DNA from: Polyangiales bacterium
GTDB taxonomy: Bacteria; Myxococcota_A; Polyangia; Polyangiales; Polyangiaceae
DNA length: 64,000 bases
Direction: 5' to 3'
Assembly: GCA_038230375.1 (NCBI GenBank)
Contig: JBBRNJ010000022.1
Coordinates: forward strand, 1 to 64,000
Shown piece by piece: positions 50,086 to 60,335 of this stretch. Numbering within the stretch: the stretch's first letter is position 1; each line of letters begins with the position of its first letter. The translations under genes and the position numbers were made by a program. The notes below the pieces were generated by a model. The model worked only from the letters and a program-made list of their open reading frames with translations, was not told the origin of the DNA and searched no databases.

Positions 50086-50604
50086 CTAGCCGCCAGATTT
50101 GCTGTTCGCGCTCTTGCGGGCGCGCAGCAGGCTCTCGGCGAGCACGGGGCCGAGCGCCTCCAGCATGACGGACTCCACGAAGGCGCGGACGGACTCGCGC
50201 TCTCCGTCGTCGGCGAAGACGAACTCGATGCCCATACCTGCCTCTTCGTCGGGCGTGCTCTTCACCCAGCGAACCTTGCCGCGCATGGCCAGGCGCCGGT
50301 TGGTGGGGCGCCCGGGGCTTGGCGGGGCTGCATCATCGCCGTCCGCACGATCATCGGGCGGCGAGGCGCCTCTTTTCGCACCAGGCATGATGAACACGAA
50401 GATGAACTCGGAGCCCACGGGCAGCGGCTTCACGGTGTGGATGAACGTACCGCCACGAGAGATATTCTTCGTGTAGTCGGCGATGAACGAGTTCAAACGC
50501 GTGTATTCAACACGCAAGACCACGGGCGCTCTGGCGTCCTCGCGGAACTCGTCGTCCACGGCGCTCACCGAACCAGGAAGGCCGCCTGTTCCGCCACCAG
50601 CCAT
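50086..50604 (-). CDS. PilZ-domain protein (TIGR02266-like)
   Basis: REDAR (RxxxR), NISRGG, GMGIEF. Confidence 0.85.
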   Translation of the reverse strand: MAGGGTGGLPGSVSAVDDEFREDARAPVVLRVEYTRLNSFIADYTKNISRGGTFIHTVKPLPVGSEFIFVFIMPGAKRGASPPDDRADGDDAAPPSPGRPTNRRLAMRGKVRWVKSTPDEEAGMGIEFVFADDGERESVRAFVESVMLEALGPVLAESLLRARKSANSKSGG

Positions 50605-50683
50605 GCATCGAGCCTACCAGGCCGGCCGGATTTCCGGTACCGTTGACCTGCCGCTGTGTTTGCTGGCGGGGGCAAGCTAGTTC

Positions 50684-53164
50684 ATGGACAAGACCATCCA
50701 ACCCGGCAACGTCATCGCCGGCAAATACACCGTCGAGACCGTACTCGGCGTCGGCGGCATGGGCATGGTCGTGAAGGCGCGGCAATCGGGGCTCGATCGC
50801 CCTGTCGCCATCAAGCTCCTCCTTGGCGCGTTCCGCGAGCGCAAGGACATCGTCGAGCGCTTCTACCGCGAGGCCAAGGCAGCGGCGCGCGTCCGCAGCG
50901 AGCATGTGGCGCAGGTCTTCGACGTGGGCACCACCGAGGAGGGCGACCCGTACCTTGCGATGGAGTTCCTGGAGGGGGAGGACCTGGACCGGCGGCTGGA
51001 GCGCGAGCACCGCTTCACTCTGGCGGCGGCCGCAACGTACATGCAGCAGACATGCATGGGCGTGGCGGAGGCGCATGCGGCGCGAATCGTCCATCGCGAC
51101 CTGAAGCCCGCGAACCTGTTCGTCGCCCAGAGCAACAAGGGTCGCACGCTTGTGAAGGTCATCGACTTCGGCATCTCGAAGGTCGATGAGGGTCCGTCGA
51201 CGCTCACGCAGACCGGCGGGTCCATGGGCACCGTCTACTACATGGCGCCCGAGCAGATCGAGAACCCCAAGGCGGTGGATGGGCGCTCCGATGTCTGGGC
51301 GCTCGGCGTCATCTTCCACCAGTTCCTCACCGGCGAGGTCCCGTACGGCGGCGACACCATGCCCATGGTGATCGCCAGCGTCCTCAAGAACAAGCGCAAG
51401 CCGGCGCACACGATCGTGCCGGGCCTTCCGCCCGAAGTTGACCAGATCATCGAGCGATGTCTGCAGCACGATCCGGCCATGCGATTCCAATCCGCGCAAG
51501 AGCTCGGTGAGGCGATCGCGGCGCTCGTTTCGGATCCGAGCTCGTCGTACGTGGCGGCGCGGATGCGGGCATCGCCGGATGCGCGCGCCCCGAGCGCCTC
51601 AGGGCACTCCAGCTCCGTACCCGACCTGATGATCCCGGATCGCGCGAGCGGCAACGGCCCAGGCAGCGCCGGTGGCCTGGGCATAGCGCAGACGCAGGCC
51701 GCAGCGTCATCGAGTTCATCGATGAGAGGCAACGCCTCCATCGAGCTCGATGGCGACGACGACGCCGGCCTCCAGCTCGAGATCGACGACCCTCGCGTGC
51801 GCTCACACGTTCCCCCTGGCGCGGGCTTCAACGTGGCGGGCATGCAGGGCGCCAGCATGCACGCCAGCGCGAAGTCAAGCTCACCGCGGCTTCCCGCGAA
51901 CCCGGCATCCAATCCTGGCTCGCCTTCAGGTTCGCTGATTCGCACGGACGAGCCCGTGCACCGCTCGCTTGTTGCAACGAGCCCGATCCGCCGCTCCAGC
52001 CCGAAGCCCATCGCGCTCATCTTCGGCGGCGTCTTTGCGGTGGTGGTGGCGCTTGGCCTCGGACTCGTTGTCGGCCTTCCACGCATGGCAACATCCTCAC
52101 TGCAAAGTTCCCTCGTGGCGGGCGGCATCAACGCAACCTTTGACGGCGCGCGCTTCGCAGGAACTGGGGTCGAGCTCACCAACATCGACGCCACCATCGC
52201 GGCGCTCAACGGAACCGTCGTCCACGCGCGGAAGGGTCGGCTGTCGTTCGGCGCGGGCGACCTCACGCTCAAGGAAGTAGACGTGGTCTCGCAGGCGCCA
52301 CTCGACGAGGTCGCGCGCATCTGGGACGCCAGTGACCCCTCCTTGCCGCGGACCCTCCGCATGGAGGACACGCACCTGCACCAGACGCTCTGGAACAACA
52401 TCGTGCTGGATGTGACGGGCGCGCTTGTCGTGGACACCACGGTGAGCGGGGGCGCGCGCACGCTGACTGTCTCGTCGCAGAACGCCACCCTGCAGACCCC
52501 CGTTGGCACGTACGGTCCGTTCCCGCTGTTGCTCGAGCGCGGCGCCGACAAGACGGTGCTTGCGCTGGGCGCGAAGGACGGCGCAGGCCTCGAGATGACG
52601 TGGTCCGCCACATCGACGGAGCTCAAGGCGCACGCGCCGCGCGCGCAGTACGCACTCCCGGTGAAAGCACTCGGACTGTTCACCGAAGACGCCGTGGAGC
52701 TGTCACTCGATCTCACCGCGACCAACGACATCACGGGCGACATGGGCGGCAAGGGCAGCGTCCACGTATGGAACGCGAAGCTCGGGTCCGGGAGGGTCGA
52801 CGTTGCATGGGACTTCCAGGTCGGTGGCAAGGACAACGACGTTGCTCTGAAGACCACGAAGGCCACCGTTGGCCCGTTCAGTGGAGACCTTCGCGGTGAG
52901 TGGAATGGCGCGGACCAGAAGAAGGCGTACCTCAAGTTCCACACGGACACGATCCCCTGCTCGGAGGTAGCACGGCTCCACCAGAGCCACGGGACGTCCG
53001 CACAGATCCTCTCCAGCCTCGCCGACTATGCTGGTCTCGCGGCCACCACGGGCACCGCGGCCGCCTCTGGCGTGGTCACCGTGAACCTGGAGTCCCCGCC
53101 CCGCGCGTGGGCGAGCATCTCCAAGAACGACACGTGCGGGCTCCAGATCTTCCCAGGCAAATGA
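50684..53164 (+). CDS. Ser/Thr protein kinase with TM and large beta-rich extracytoplasmic domain
   Basis: GVGGMG, VAIK, HRDLKPAN, DFG, YMAPE. Confidence 0.92.
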   Translation: MDKTIQPGNVIAGKYTVETVLGVGGMGMVVKARQSGLDRPVAIKLLLGAFRERKDIVERFYREAKAAARVRSEHVAQVFDVGTTEEGDPYLAMEFLEGEDLDRRLEREHRFTLAAAATYMQQTCMGVAEAHAARIVHRDLKPANLFVAQSNKGRTLVKVIDFGISKVDEGPSTLTQTGGSMGTVYYMAPEQIENPKAVDGRSDVWALGVIFHQFLTGEVPYGGDTMPMVIASVLKNKRKPAHTIVPGLPPEVDQIIERCLQHDPAMRFQSAQELGEAIAALVSDPSSSYVAARMRASPDARAPSASGHSSSVPDLMIPDRASGNGPGSAGGLGIAQTQAAASSSSSMRGNASIELDGDDDAGLQLEIDDPRVRSHVPPGAGFNVAGMQGASMHASAKSSSPRLPANPASNPGSPSGSLIRTDEPVHRSLVATSPIRRSSPKPIALIFGGVFAVVVALGLGLVVGLPRMATSSLQSSLVAGGINATFDGARFAGTGVELTNIDATIAALNGTVVHARKGRLSFGAGDLTLKEVDVVSQAPLDEVARIWDASDPSLPRTLRMEDTHLHQTLWNNIVLDVTGALVVDTTVSGGARTLTVSSQNATLQTPVGTYGPFPLLLERGADKTVLALGAKDGAGLEMTWSATSTELKAHAPRAQYALPVKALGLFTEDAVELSLDLTATNDITGDMGGKGSVHVWNAKLGSGRVDVAWDFQVGGKDNDVALKTTKATVGPFSGDLRGEWNGADQKKAYLKFHTDTIPCSEVARLHQSHGTSAQILSSLADYAGLAATTGTAAASGVVTVNLESPPRAWASISKNDTCGLQIFPGK

Positions 53165-54828
53165 CCATTCGCGAAAAGCTACTGACCTTCGCCGACGACA
53201 TCCGCCGCACTCCCGCACGCGCGCGTGCAATCCACGCGATGAACTTCTCCAGCGGTCTCGTATGGGAGATGTCCGCGCGCGGCATCCAGACGGCGGCGCA
53301 GAACCTGCTCCTGGGCGGGACCAACCCGGCGCTGATCTACCGCATCCACGGCCAGAACACGCCGCAGAAGCCCGCGATCATCTACCGGGATGCGGTGACC
53401 ACATTCGCCGAGCTCGACTCGCTCGTCGACAGGCTCGCCCACGGCCTCACCCGACGGGGCGTGCGCAGGGGGCAGAGCTTCCTGTTGCTCATGAAGAACA
53501 AGGTGGAGCTCGTTGCGCTCGCCATTGCCGCCACGCGCATCGGCGCTTCGGCCGTGAGCGCATCGTGGCGCGCCACGGGCGCAGAGCTCGCATACCTGGT
53601 GGAGAACTCACGCGCGCGCGCGATCGTGTTCGACCACGAGCTCGCTGCCACCGTGGACGCAGCGGACCTTGCGACCATCGCGCCCACCATTGCGCGCTTC
53701 GCCGTGGGCGGACGCGTGAAGGGTGCAGATCTCCTGTCCGAGCTCGTGGATGGCGCACCTTCGGCGACCTACGCGGCAGAGAAGGGCGCTGACGACGACG
53801 CGGCCGTTGTCATCTACACGTCCGGCACCACCGGCAAGCCCAAGGGCGCGGTCCGCAAGTTCCCGAAGGACGCGTTCACGCAGGCATGCACGTTCATCTC
53901 TTCCACGCCCATGCGCACGGATGACGTGCACCTTGTCACCTGCCCGCTCTATCACTCCACGGCGTTCGGGTTCCTGTCACTCTCTCATCTGCTCGGCTGC
54001 ACCGCCGTGATCATGGACGAGTACAAGCCGCAGGCGTTCATGGATGCGGTGGAGAAGCACAAGGTCACCACCGTGGCCATCGTCCCCACCATGCTGCAGC
54101 GCCTGATGGACTCCGGACCCGAGGTCCTGCGGAGCCGTGAGACGCGCTCTCTGCGCGCCGTCTTTTCTGGCGGAGCGGCGCTGTCGGCCCCGCTGGCCAC
54201 GGCCTTCATGGACGAGTTCGGAGATGTACTCTACAACTTTTACGGAGCCACCGAGACCGGCCTTGTGACGCTCGCCTCGCCGCGCGACCTGCGTGATGCG
54301 CCCGGCACGATCGGCCGCACGCTGCCCGGCAACCACATCAAGCTGCTGGACGACAGCGGCCACGAGACGCAAGGCACCGGCGAGCTGTACGTGAAGAACG
54401 ACCTTCTTGTCGCTGGCTACTACGGCGACGAGGCCGCCACGAACGACAGCATGAAGGACGGATACTTCTCCGTGGGCGACCTTGCGCGCAAGGATCGCGA
54501 CGGTCGCTACTTCATCGACGGTCGCAAGCGCGACATGATCATCAGCGGCGGCGTGAACGTGTACCCCGCGGAGGTGGAGGGCGCACTGGAGGCACACCCC
54601 GATATCGTGGAGGTCGCGGTCGTCGGCGTGCCGGACCGCGAGTGGGGTGAGAAGGTTCGCGCCTTCGCCGTGCTGCGCCCCGGCTCCACACTGGATGAGG
54701 CCGGGCTGAAGCACTACGCAAAGGAGCGATTGTCCGGCGCCAAGGTGCCGCGCGACATCGTCTTCCTGGAAGCGCTACCCCGGAATCCCACGGGAAAAGT
54801 GCTGAAACGCGAGCTGCGCGAGCGCTGA
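53161..54828 (+). CDS. AMP-binding acyl-CoA synthetase
   Basis: YTSGTTGKPKG, YGATE, GD, SGGVNVYP, PRNPTGK. Confidence 0.92.
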   Translation: MTIREKLLTFADDIRRTPARARAIHAMNFSSGLVWEMSARGIQTAAQNLLLGGTNPALIYRIHGQNTPQKPAIIYRDAVTTFAELDSLVDRLAHGLTRRGVRRGQSFLLLMKNKVELVALAIAATRIGASAVSASWRATGAELAYLVENSRARAIVFDHELAATVDAADLATIAPTIARFAVGGRVKGADLLSELVDGAPSATYAAEKGADDDAAVVIYTSGTTGKPKGAVRKFPKDAFTQACTFISSTPMRTDDVHLVTCPLYHSTAFGFLSLSHLLGCTAVIMDEYKPQAFMDAVEKHKVTTVAIVPTMLQRLMDSGPEVLRSRETRSLRAVFSGGAALSAPLATAFMDEFGDVLYNFYGATETGLVTLASPRDLRDAPGTIGRTLPGNHIKLLDDSGHETQGTGELYVKNDLLVAGYYGDEAATNDSMKDGYFSVGDLARKDRDGRYFIDGRKRDMIISGGVNVYPAEVEGALEAHPDIVEVAVVGVPDREWGEKVRAFAVLRPGSTLDEAGLKHYAKERLSGAKVPRDIVFLEALPRNPTGKVLKRELRER

Positions 54829-54873
54829 CCCGAGCTGCGCAGGCGCCTCCCCCAAGAATAACGTGGGCAACCG

Positions 54874-54900
54874 GGAACCTTCCGGGCGCGCGCGCGTGAC
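54874..54900 (+). promoter_or_regulatory. Candidate ECF autoregulatory promoter
   Basis: GGAAC-N16-CGTGAC just upstream of the ECF gene; fits the AAC...CGT ECF consensus. Confidence 0.5.
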
Positions 54901-54908
54901 ACTCGGCG

Positions 54909-55523
54909 ATGATGGCGATCGCCATGAGCGAAGTGTTCCCGAGAAGGGCCGAGAGGGGCGTACCGCCCGGTCTCGACGCCGCTGTCCTCACGCGATGTCG
55001 CGCGCAGGACCCGGTCGCCTTTCGCGCGTTCGTGGTGCGCTACCAGAACATGGTCTTCGCGCTGCTGTCGCGCATGCTCGGCCACGGCGCGGAGGTGGAG
55101 GACCTGGCGCAGGAGACGTTCATGCGTGCGTACCGCGCCTTCCCGACGTTCGAGCTCGACGGCGCGGCGAAGGCCTCCACGTGGCTCCTGACGATCGCAA
55201 CGCGGCTCGCGCTCGACTCGCGCCGGAAGAAGAAGCTTCACCTGGCGGATCTGGATGAAACGGATGTCGCGGAGGTGGCGGTCGCGCCCGGAACGCCAGA
55301 GCAGTCGCTTCACCACAGGCAGCTGGGGCTGGCGATCTCGCGCGTTGCGGCCACCTTGCCGGACGATCAACGCGCGGCGCTTCTCCTGTGCGAGGTGCAT
55401 GGGTTGTCGATCACGGAGATCGCCTCCGCGCTCCTCGTGCCCGAGAACACTGCCAAGACGCGCCTGTTTCGCGCGCGCGAAAAGATGCGTGAGGCGCTGG
55501 CCGGAGAATGGAGGACGCCGTGA
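54909..55523 (+). CDS. ECF RNA polymerase sigma factor
   Basis: EDLAQETF, STWLLTIA, LPDDQR...EIA...KTRLFRAR. Confidence 0.92.
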   Translation: MMAIAMSEVFPRRAERGVPPGLDAAVLTRCRAQDPVAFRAFVVRYQNMVFALLSRMLGHGAEVEDLAQETFMRAYRAFPTFELDGAAKASTWLLTIATRLALDSRRKKKLHLADLDETDVAEVAVAPGTPEQSLHHRQLGLAISRVAATLPDDQRAALLLCEVHGLSITEIASALLVPENTAKTRLFRAREKMREALAGEWRTP

Positions 55524-56968
55524 GCGTGAACGAGCATGAGCCGCTCGAAGAGGGCGCGCTGGACGCGTGGGAGCCGCAGCTGCCACCCGCGAATTTCGCG
55601 GACCGCGTGATGTCAGGCGTCGGTGACGCCAACGCTCCGATGGAGCAGGCGAAGCCGGCCACGAACGTGGTCCAGCTACGCAGCCGTTCGCGCTGGCGTG
55701 GCGCCGCGCTCGCAGCTGCCGCCATGGTGGCGATCGCAGCGGCGGTCTTCGTGAAGGTGGACACAACGCCGCTCCACGGCGAGGCCATCGCCGCAGACCA
55801 TCGCATCGAGGTGGCCATCGGCGGAAACAGGGCAGCGCGCGCGAAGGCCGTGCTGGAGCCCGGCGCACACGTGGTGTGGGACGGTGACCTGGTCACGCAG
55901 GACAGCGGCGACGTGTTCTACCGCGTGGAGCCGGGCGCGAAGTTTCGCGTGCACACGCCAGCTGGTGACGTGGACGTGTTGGGAACTTGCTTCGCCGTGA
56001 AGGTGCGAGGCGGAGGACAGGAACGGAGCGGAGACATGCAGAAGCGAGACATGAAATCTGGAGTGGTGGGCGCGGCGCTTTCGGCGATGGCGTTCGTGGC
56101 GGTCTACGAAGGCAAGGTGGCCGTGTCGCACGCAAGCGAGCATGTGGACCTGGTCGCGGGCGAGAGCGCACAGATCGGCCCCGAGGGCGCCACCAGGAGC
56201 ACCAGCGCCGACCTTGGAAAGAAGGCCTTCGACGAGAAGGTCGCCGCGCAAGGAAGTGATCCCGTCAGCGTCGCGAACGGCAACCTGGTGTCGCAGGTGC
56301 AGGACTACAAGCAGCGCCTGGAGGCGCTCGCCGCGCAGAAGACCGACGTGGAGAAGAAGCTCGACGCGACGGAGAAGAAGCTCGCGAGCGCGACCGACGG
56401 CGGGCCTCCGCGCAACCGGAGCGAGTACGAGCTGGACTCGGAGGACTGGGCCGACCTGGCAAAGCGCGGGAAGATCAAGTACCGCACGCCGTGCCTGAAG
56501 GCGGACAGCGCGACCACCACGGACAAGCTCTCGGCCCTTGGGCTGTCGCCTGAGGACGGCGCAGTGCTGAAGGGCGCGTATGGTCGTTCGTACGATCGCA
56601 TCTGGGGCATGGTGAGACCGCTTTGCCTGCAAGCACTCGGAACGTCCGAGGCGATCGTCGACAAGATCGGCGTGAACCAGTGCATTCATCTCGTCTACGA
56701 CCTGGCATCGCAGGCGGACCGCGACGGCACGAGCGAGGCGCACATCCAGGTCGCCGAGATCCGCGCAGGTATCCGTCCGGAGCCGCCGGTGGACAAGCAG
56801 CCCGCGACCATGAAGATGATGCTGGCGCTCACGGCCGAACAGGGCGCGTTCGAGTCGGACCTGGCGAGGACCATGGGTCCGGAAGAGGCGCATCGCGTGG
56901 CCTGGTCAGACGACATCTGCGTGTCGAACAACTCCTGGGGCACGGCGCCGCGCGGCAGCAAGAAGTAA
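55520..56968 (+). CDS. FecR-domain anti-sigma-like membrane protein
   Basis: TM, FRVHTPAGDVDVLGT, VYEGKV, LVAGE; GTG overlaps the sigma stop (alternative ATG 55508). Confidence 0.85.
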   Translation: MSVNEHEPLEEGALDAWEPQLPPANFADRVMSGVGDANAPMEQAKPATNVVQLRSRSRWRGAALAAAAMVAIAAAVFVKVDTTPLHGEAIAADHRIEVAIGGNRAARAKAVLEPGAHVVWDGDLVTQDSGDVFYRVEPGAKFRVHTPAGDVDVLGTCFAVKVRGGGQERSGDMQKRDMKSGVVGAALSAMAFVAVYEGKVAVSHASEHVDLVAGESAQIGPEGATRSTSADLGKKAFDEKVAAQGSDPVSVANGNLVSQVQDYKQRLEALAAQKTDVEKKLDATEKKLASATDGGPPRNRSEYELDSEDWADLAKRGKIKYRTPCLKADSATTTDKLSALGLSPEDGAVLKGAYGRSYDRIWGMVRPLCLQALGTSEAIVDKIGVNQCIHLVYDLASQADRDGTSEAHIQVAEIRAGIRPEPPVDKQPATMKMMLALTAEQGAFESDLARTMGPEEAHRVAWSDDICVSNNSWGTAPRGSKK

Positions 56969-57005
56969 CGCTGCCAAGCCTGGGAAAATCGCCTACGATC
57001 AGCGG

Positions 57006-58298
57006 ATGGGGGTTTCCCGTTCTCACCTTGTCGTTGCTTGCGTGCTGGTGTCCGTTGCCGGCGCGATCGTGATCGCCTGCAGCTCCTCATCGGGCGGTGC
57101 GATCCCCGACACCATCGACTCCGCCGTTCCTGACACGGGCGTCGTCGTGGACACGGGCGTGGATGCGCCCGAGTGCGTCGCCGACCTCATGACGGACGCA
57201 AAGAACTGCGGCAGGTGCGGACGTGATTGCGGCGCAGGGAGCGCGTGCAGCGCCGGTCTCTGCGCAGCGGTGCAGCTCGGCATGGTGTCGTCGCCCGTGA
57301 CGGCGCTCGTTGCGGGCTCCACGCGCATCTACTGGGAAGCAAGCGGCGTGTTCGGCTGCCTGAAGTCTGGCTGCGGGGGGGCGCCCACCACACTGGTCTC
57401 GCAAGCGGCTGCGAACGGCGGCATCGAGACCACCACGCTGGGCGACGAGATCGTCTACTTCACCATCGCGGGAGCGCCCGGCCATGTGGGGCGCTGCAAT
57501 CCGGGCGGCACGTGCACGGACGACCACGTCACGGTCGACCTCGCGAATCCCTCACGCGTGATCGCCACCACCACGGACCTCTTCATCGCGACCGACTACA
57601 CCGGAGACGGCGGCACTAGCGATGCTGGATCCACTGACGCGAGCGCACCGGACGGAGGCGACGCGGGCGAAGGCGGCACCAGCGTTCTGGTGCCCGGCGG
57701 CGCGGTGGTGCGCGCCACGCTCGCAGGGGCCGGGCAGACGCCCGGGCAGGTCGCGCCCGCAAAGAACGTCCTCGGCTTCGCGTTCGCAGGCAGCACGTTG
57801 ATGTGGACCGATCGCGTGTCGGGCATCACCGTGTGCAAGCTGCCGTGCGCAGATCCGCCGCCGATCGCGGCTTCTGGCACGGGCGTGAGCGCGCCGCCGT
57901 CCGGCCGTCCGGCCATTGCGGCCGGTGTTGCGTTCTGGCCCACGTCGGAAGGCGGCATCGTGCGCTGCAACCCGCAGAGCTGCGCGAGCACGCGCGACCA
58001 GTTCCTTGCAGCCGATCCCGAGCGCGTCGTGGGCGACCTCGCGTCGGACGGGCAGACGCTCTACTTCGCGCTGGTCAGCACCACACGGACGAGCGCGCCT
58101 GCGCAGGCGAGCGGTCAGATCGCGTCGTGCGCGGTGGGCGCGGCCACGTGCGTCCCCGCGCCGCTCGCCACATCCCTCCCCTCGCCGAATCGCATCTCGA
58201 TCGACGGCGCGGCCATCTACTGGGCGAACGGCAGCGACAGCACGGACGGCGCGTTCAAGGCGCTGCCGGGCAGCGCGGTCCTTCGCGTCACGCGCTGA
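57006..58298 (+). CDS. Cys-rich lipoprotein with propeller-like C-terminus
   Basis: VIAC lipobox; DAKNCGRCGRDC module; IYW/LMWTD/IYWAN blades. Confidence 0.75.
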   Translation: MGVSRSHLVVACVLVSVAGAIVIACSSSSGGAIPDTIDSAVPDTGVVVDTGVDAPECVADLMTDAKNCGRCGRDCGAGSACSAGLCAAVQLGMVSSPVTALVAGSTRIYWEASGVFGCLKSGCGGAPTTLVSQAAANGGIETTTLGDEIVYFTIAGAPGHVGRCNPGGTCTDDHVTVDLANPSRVIATTTDLFIATDYTGDGGTSDAGSTDASAPDGGDAGEGGTSVLVPGGAVVRATLAGAGQTPGQVAPAKNVLGFAFAGSTLMWTDRVSGITVCKLPCADPPPIAASGTGVSAPPSGRPAIAAGVAFWPTSEGGIVRCNPQSCASTRDQFLAADPERVVGDLASDGQTLYFALVSTTRTSAPAQASGQIASCAVGAATCVPAPLATSLPSPNRISIDGAAIYWANGSDSTDGAFKALPGSAVLRVTR

Positions 58299-58302
58299 GG
58301 AC

Positions 58303-59127
58303 ATGGCTCATCGCGTCGCCCCGCTTCGCCTCGCGCTCCTGGCGTCGGCTCTCGGCTTGATCGTGCCGCTCGGCTGCAGCGCGCTCGTGGAGTTCGGTGG
58401 GCTCGTCGGCACCACCGGCGACGCGGGCGGAAGCAACGCACAGACCGACGCCGCCCCGGACGCACCCGTGCTCGCGGACGCAGACACGCCCACCACCGAC
58501 GCCGGCGCGGATCCGGACGCGCCGTTCTGCCCGCAGAGCGGAGTGATGCTCTGCGACGATTTCGATCAGGGTGTGAACCGCATGCTTCCGGGTCCGTGGG
58601 ACGACTCCAACATGGGCTCGTCTGGAACGCTCGTCGTCCAGGATCTTCGGTACGCCAGCCAACCAAGCGCGCTGCTGCTGAAGACAGACAACACCTCGTT
58701 GAACGTCAACCTCACGAAACATCTCGGCGCTGTGAAAGGCGCGGCTGTGGCGTTCGATGTCTTCATCGAGACGCGCGGCGGAAACCTCTCCATTGTCTCG
58801 TTCGCCATGAATGGCGCGTCGGCCCATCTCGGCCCGGGCGACCCCACGTACACGACGCTGGGCGAGGGCGCCTTCAAGCCCGACGGTGGGTACTTCTTCG
58901 ACGGCAAGGCCGGCACTCCCATCGCCACCGGGGCGTGGGTCCATGTGGTCTTCGACATGAACCTGGCAGCGGCGACCGTGACCGCTACCGTCGGCGCGAG
59001 CTCCGCATTCAAGAAGCCGCTCGTGCTCGGGGCGTGGACCGGCAACGCACTCGATGTCCACCTGGGCATGGGAGACACGAACGCCGCGACGATTTACTTC
59101 GACAACGTGACGATCACGACGCGTTGA
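58303..59127 (+). CDS. Lipoprotein with ConA/LamG-like beta-sandwich
   Basis: PLGC lipobox, LCDDFD, WVHV, YFDNV; GAGGA RBS. Confidence 0.72.
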   Translation: MAHRVAPLRLALLASALGLIVPLGCSALVEFGGLVGTTGDAGGSNAQTDAAPDAPVLADADTPTTDAGADPDAPFCPQSGVMLCDDFDQGVNRMLPGPWDDSNMGSSGTLVVQDLRYASQPSALLLKTDNTSLNVNLTKHLGAVKGAAVAFDVFIETRGGNLSIVSFAMNGASAHLGPGDPTYTTLGEGAFKPDGGYFFDGKAGTPIATGAWVHVVFDMNLAAATVTATVGASSAFKKPLVLGAWTGNALDVHLGMGDTNAATIYFDNVTITTR

Positions 59128-59151
59128 CCGTGGGTTCATCCGCAGATCGCA

Positions 59152-60297
59152 TCACCGCACCTGTGGTGCGCCGAAGACCCAGAAGCGGGCGGCGCGCGCG
59201 TCGGGTGCGTAGACGTTGCCGTGGGTGTCGGCGACGGCATTGCGCACGCCCTCCGACGTGGCACCGGTCGCGAGCAGCAGGAGCTGGCCCTTGTCGTCGA
59301 GCTTCGCGACCGTGACCTTCGCGGCTTTTCCCGCCGCCGCGTAGACCTTGCCGTCCACGAGATCGATGTTGTCCACGCCTGCGCCCGTATCGAGCTTGCC
59401 GAGCAGCGCGCCGTCATGGCCCGCGTCGAGCACCTGCAGGTGGTCGGTGCACGCCACGATCACGAAGCCACGTGCCGCGTCGAACGCGACACCGCGCGGG
59501 CCGTCCGCGGCGCAGCCAGGACTCCACGTGGACTTCACCGTGCGGGTCTTCGCATCGATCGCGAGCGTGCCGTCCTTGTCCTCGAGGTTCGTGAAGACCA
59601 GACCGTGCGCGCTGTCGACCGCAAAGCATTCCGGCGCGCCGTCCAGCTTGATCGTGGTCTTGAGCGCAAGCGCCGCCGGCTTCGATGCGTCGAAGATCGC
59701 GATGGATTGGTCCTTGGGCATCGTGACCCAGACCTCGTGCGTGGACCCGACGTAGACGAGGACATCGATGGCGTTCGCGGCCTTGGCGCACTTCCCGGGC
59801 TTCAAGGTCGCGGTTTCGACGGGGCAGACCTCGTTGGTCGCGCGATTGCCAACGTACATGAACTTGTCGCCGGTCGCGACCGCGCTCGGTCCCATCGTGC
59901 GCACCTTACCGTTCACCTCGCGCTCGACGGATTTGAAGCCGTCGACACGGCTGAAGGCACCGGACGCGATGTCGAACACGTCGACGCTTCCGGTGTTCCC
60001 GACGGGCACCCAGACATGCGAGCGAGCGGCGTCAATGGCGACGATGTCGATCGACACGGGCGCGGTGGCGCCGGGAAGCGGGATCGTCGTGCCCGTCATG
60101 GTGGGGGTGTCGGGCGCGGACGGCGCAACGGGCGCGGGCTCGGCGGCGGACGCGACCGGCGTCGGAGCGGTCGGCGCGGGCGCGGCAGTCGGAGTGGGGG
60201 TTGGCGTGGTGCTCGGAGAGGTCGCGGGCGACTGCTCCGCGGAAGGCCCGCCGCAGCCGGCGAGAACGAGTAGCACCAACGCCGTTCGAGAGTTCAT
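59152..60297 (-). CDS. YncE-like beta-propeller lipoprotein
   Basis: LAGC lipobox, Pro/Thr linker, VDVFD/IAIFD/LAID blades. Confidence 0.8.
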   Translation of the reverse strand: MNSRTALVLLVLAGCGGPSAEQSPATSPSTTPTPTPTAAPAPTAPTPVASAAEPAPVAPSAPDTPTMTGTTIPLPGATAPVSIDIVAIDAARSHVWVPVGNTGSVDVFDIASGAFSRVDGFKSVEREVNGKVRTMGPSAVATGDKFMYVGNRATNEVCPVETATLKPGKCAKAANAIDVLVYVGSTHEVWVTMPKDQSIAIFDASKPAALALKTTIKLDGAPECFAVDSAHGLVFTNLEDKDGTLAIDAKTRTVKSTWSPGCAADGPRGVAFDAARGFVIVACTDHLQVLDAGHDGALLGKLDTGAGVDNIDLVDGKVYAAAGKAAKVTVAKLDDKGQLLLLATGATSEGVRNAVADTHGNVYAPDARAARFWVFGAPQVR

Positions 60298-60335
60298 CGC
60301 CTCGTCATACCTCAACGCGGGCGTCGGCATGCTCA

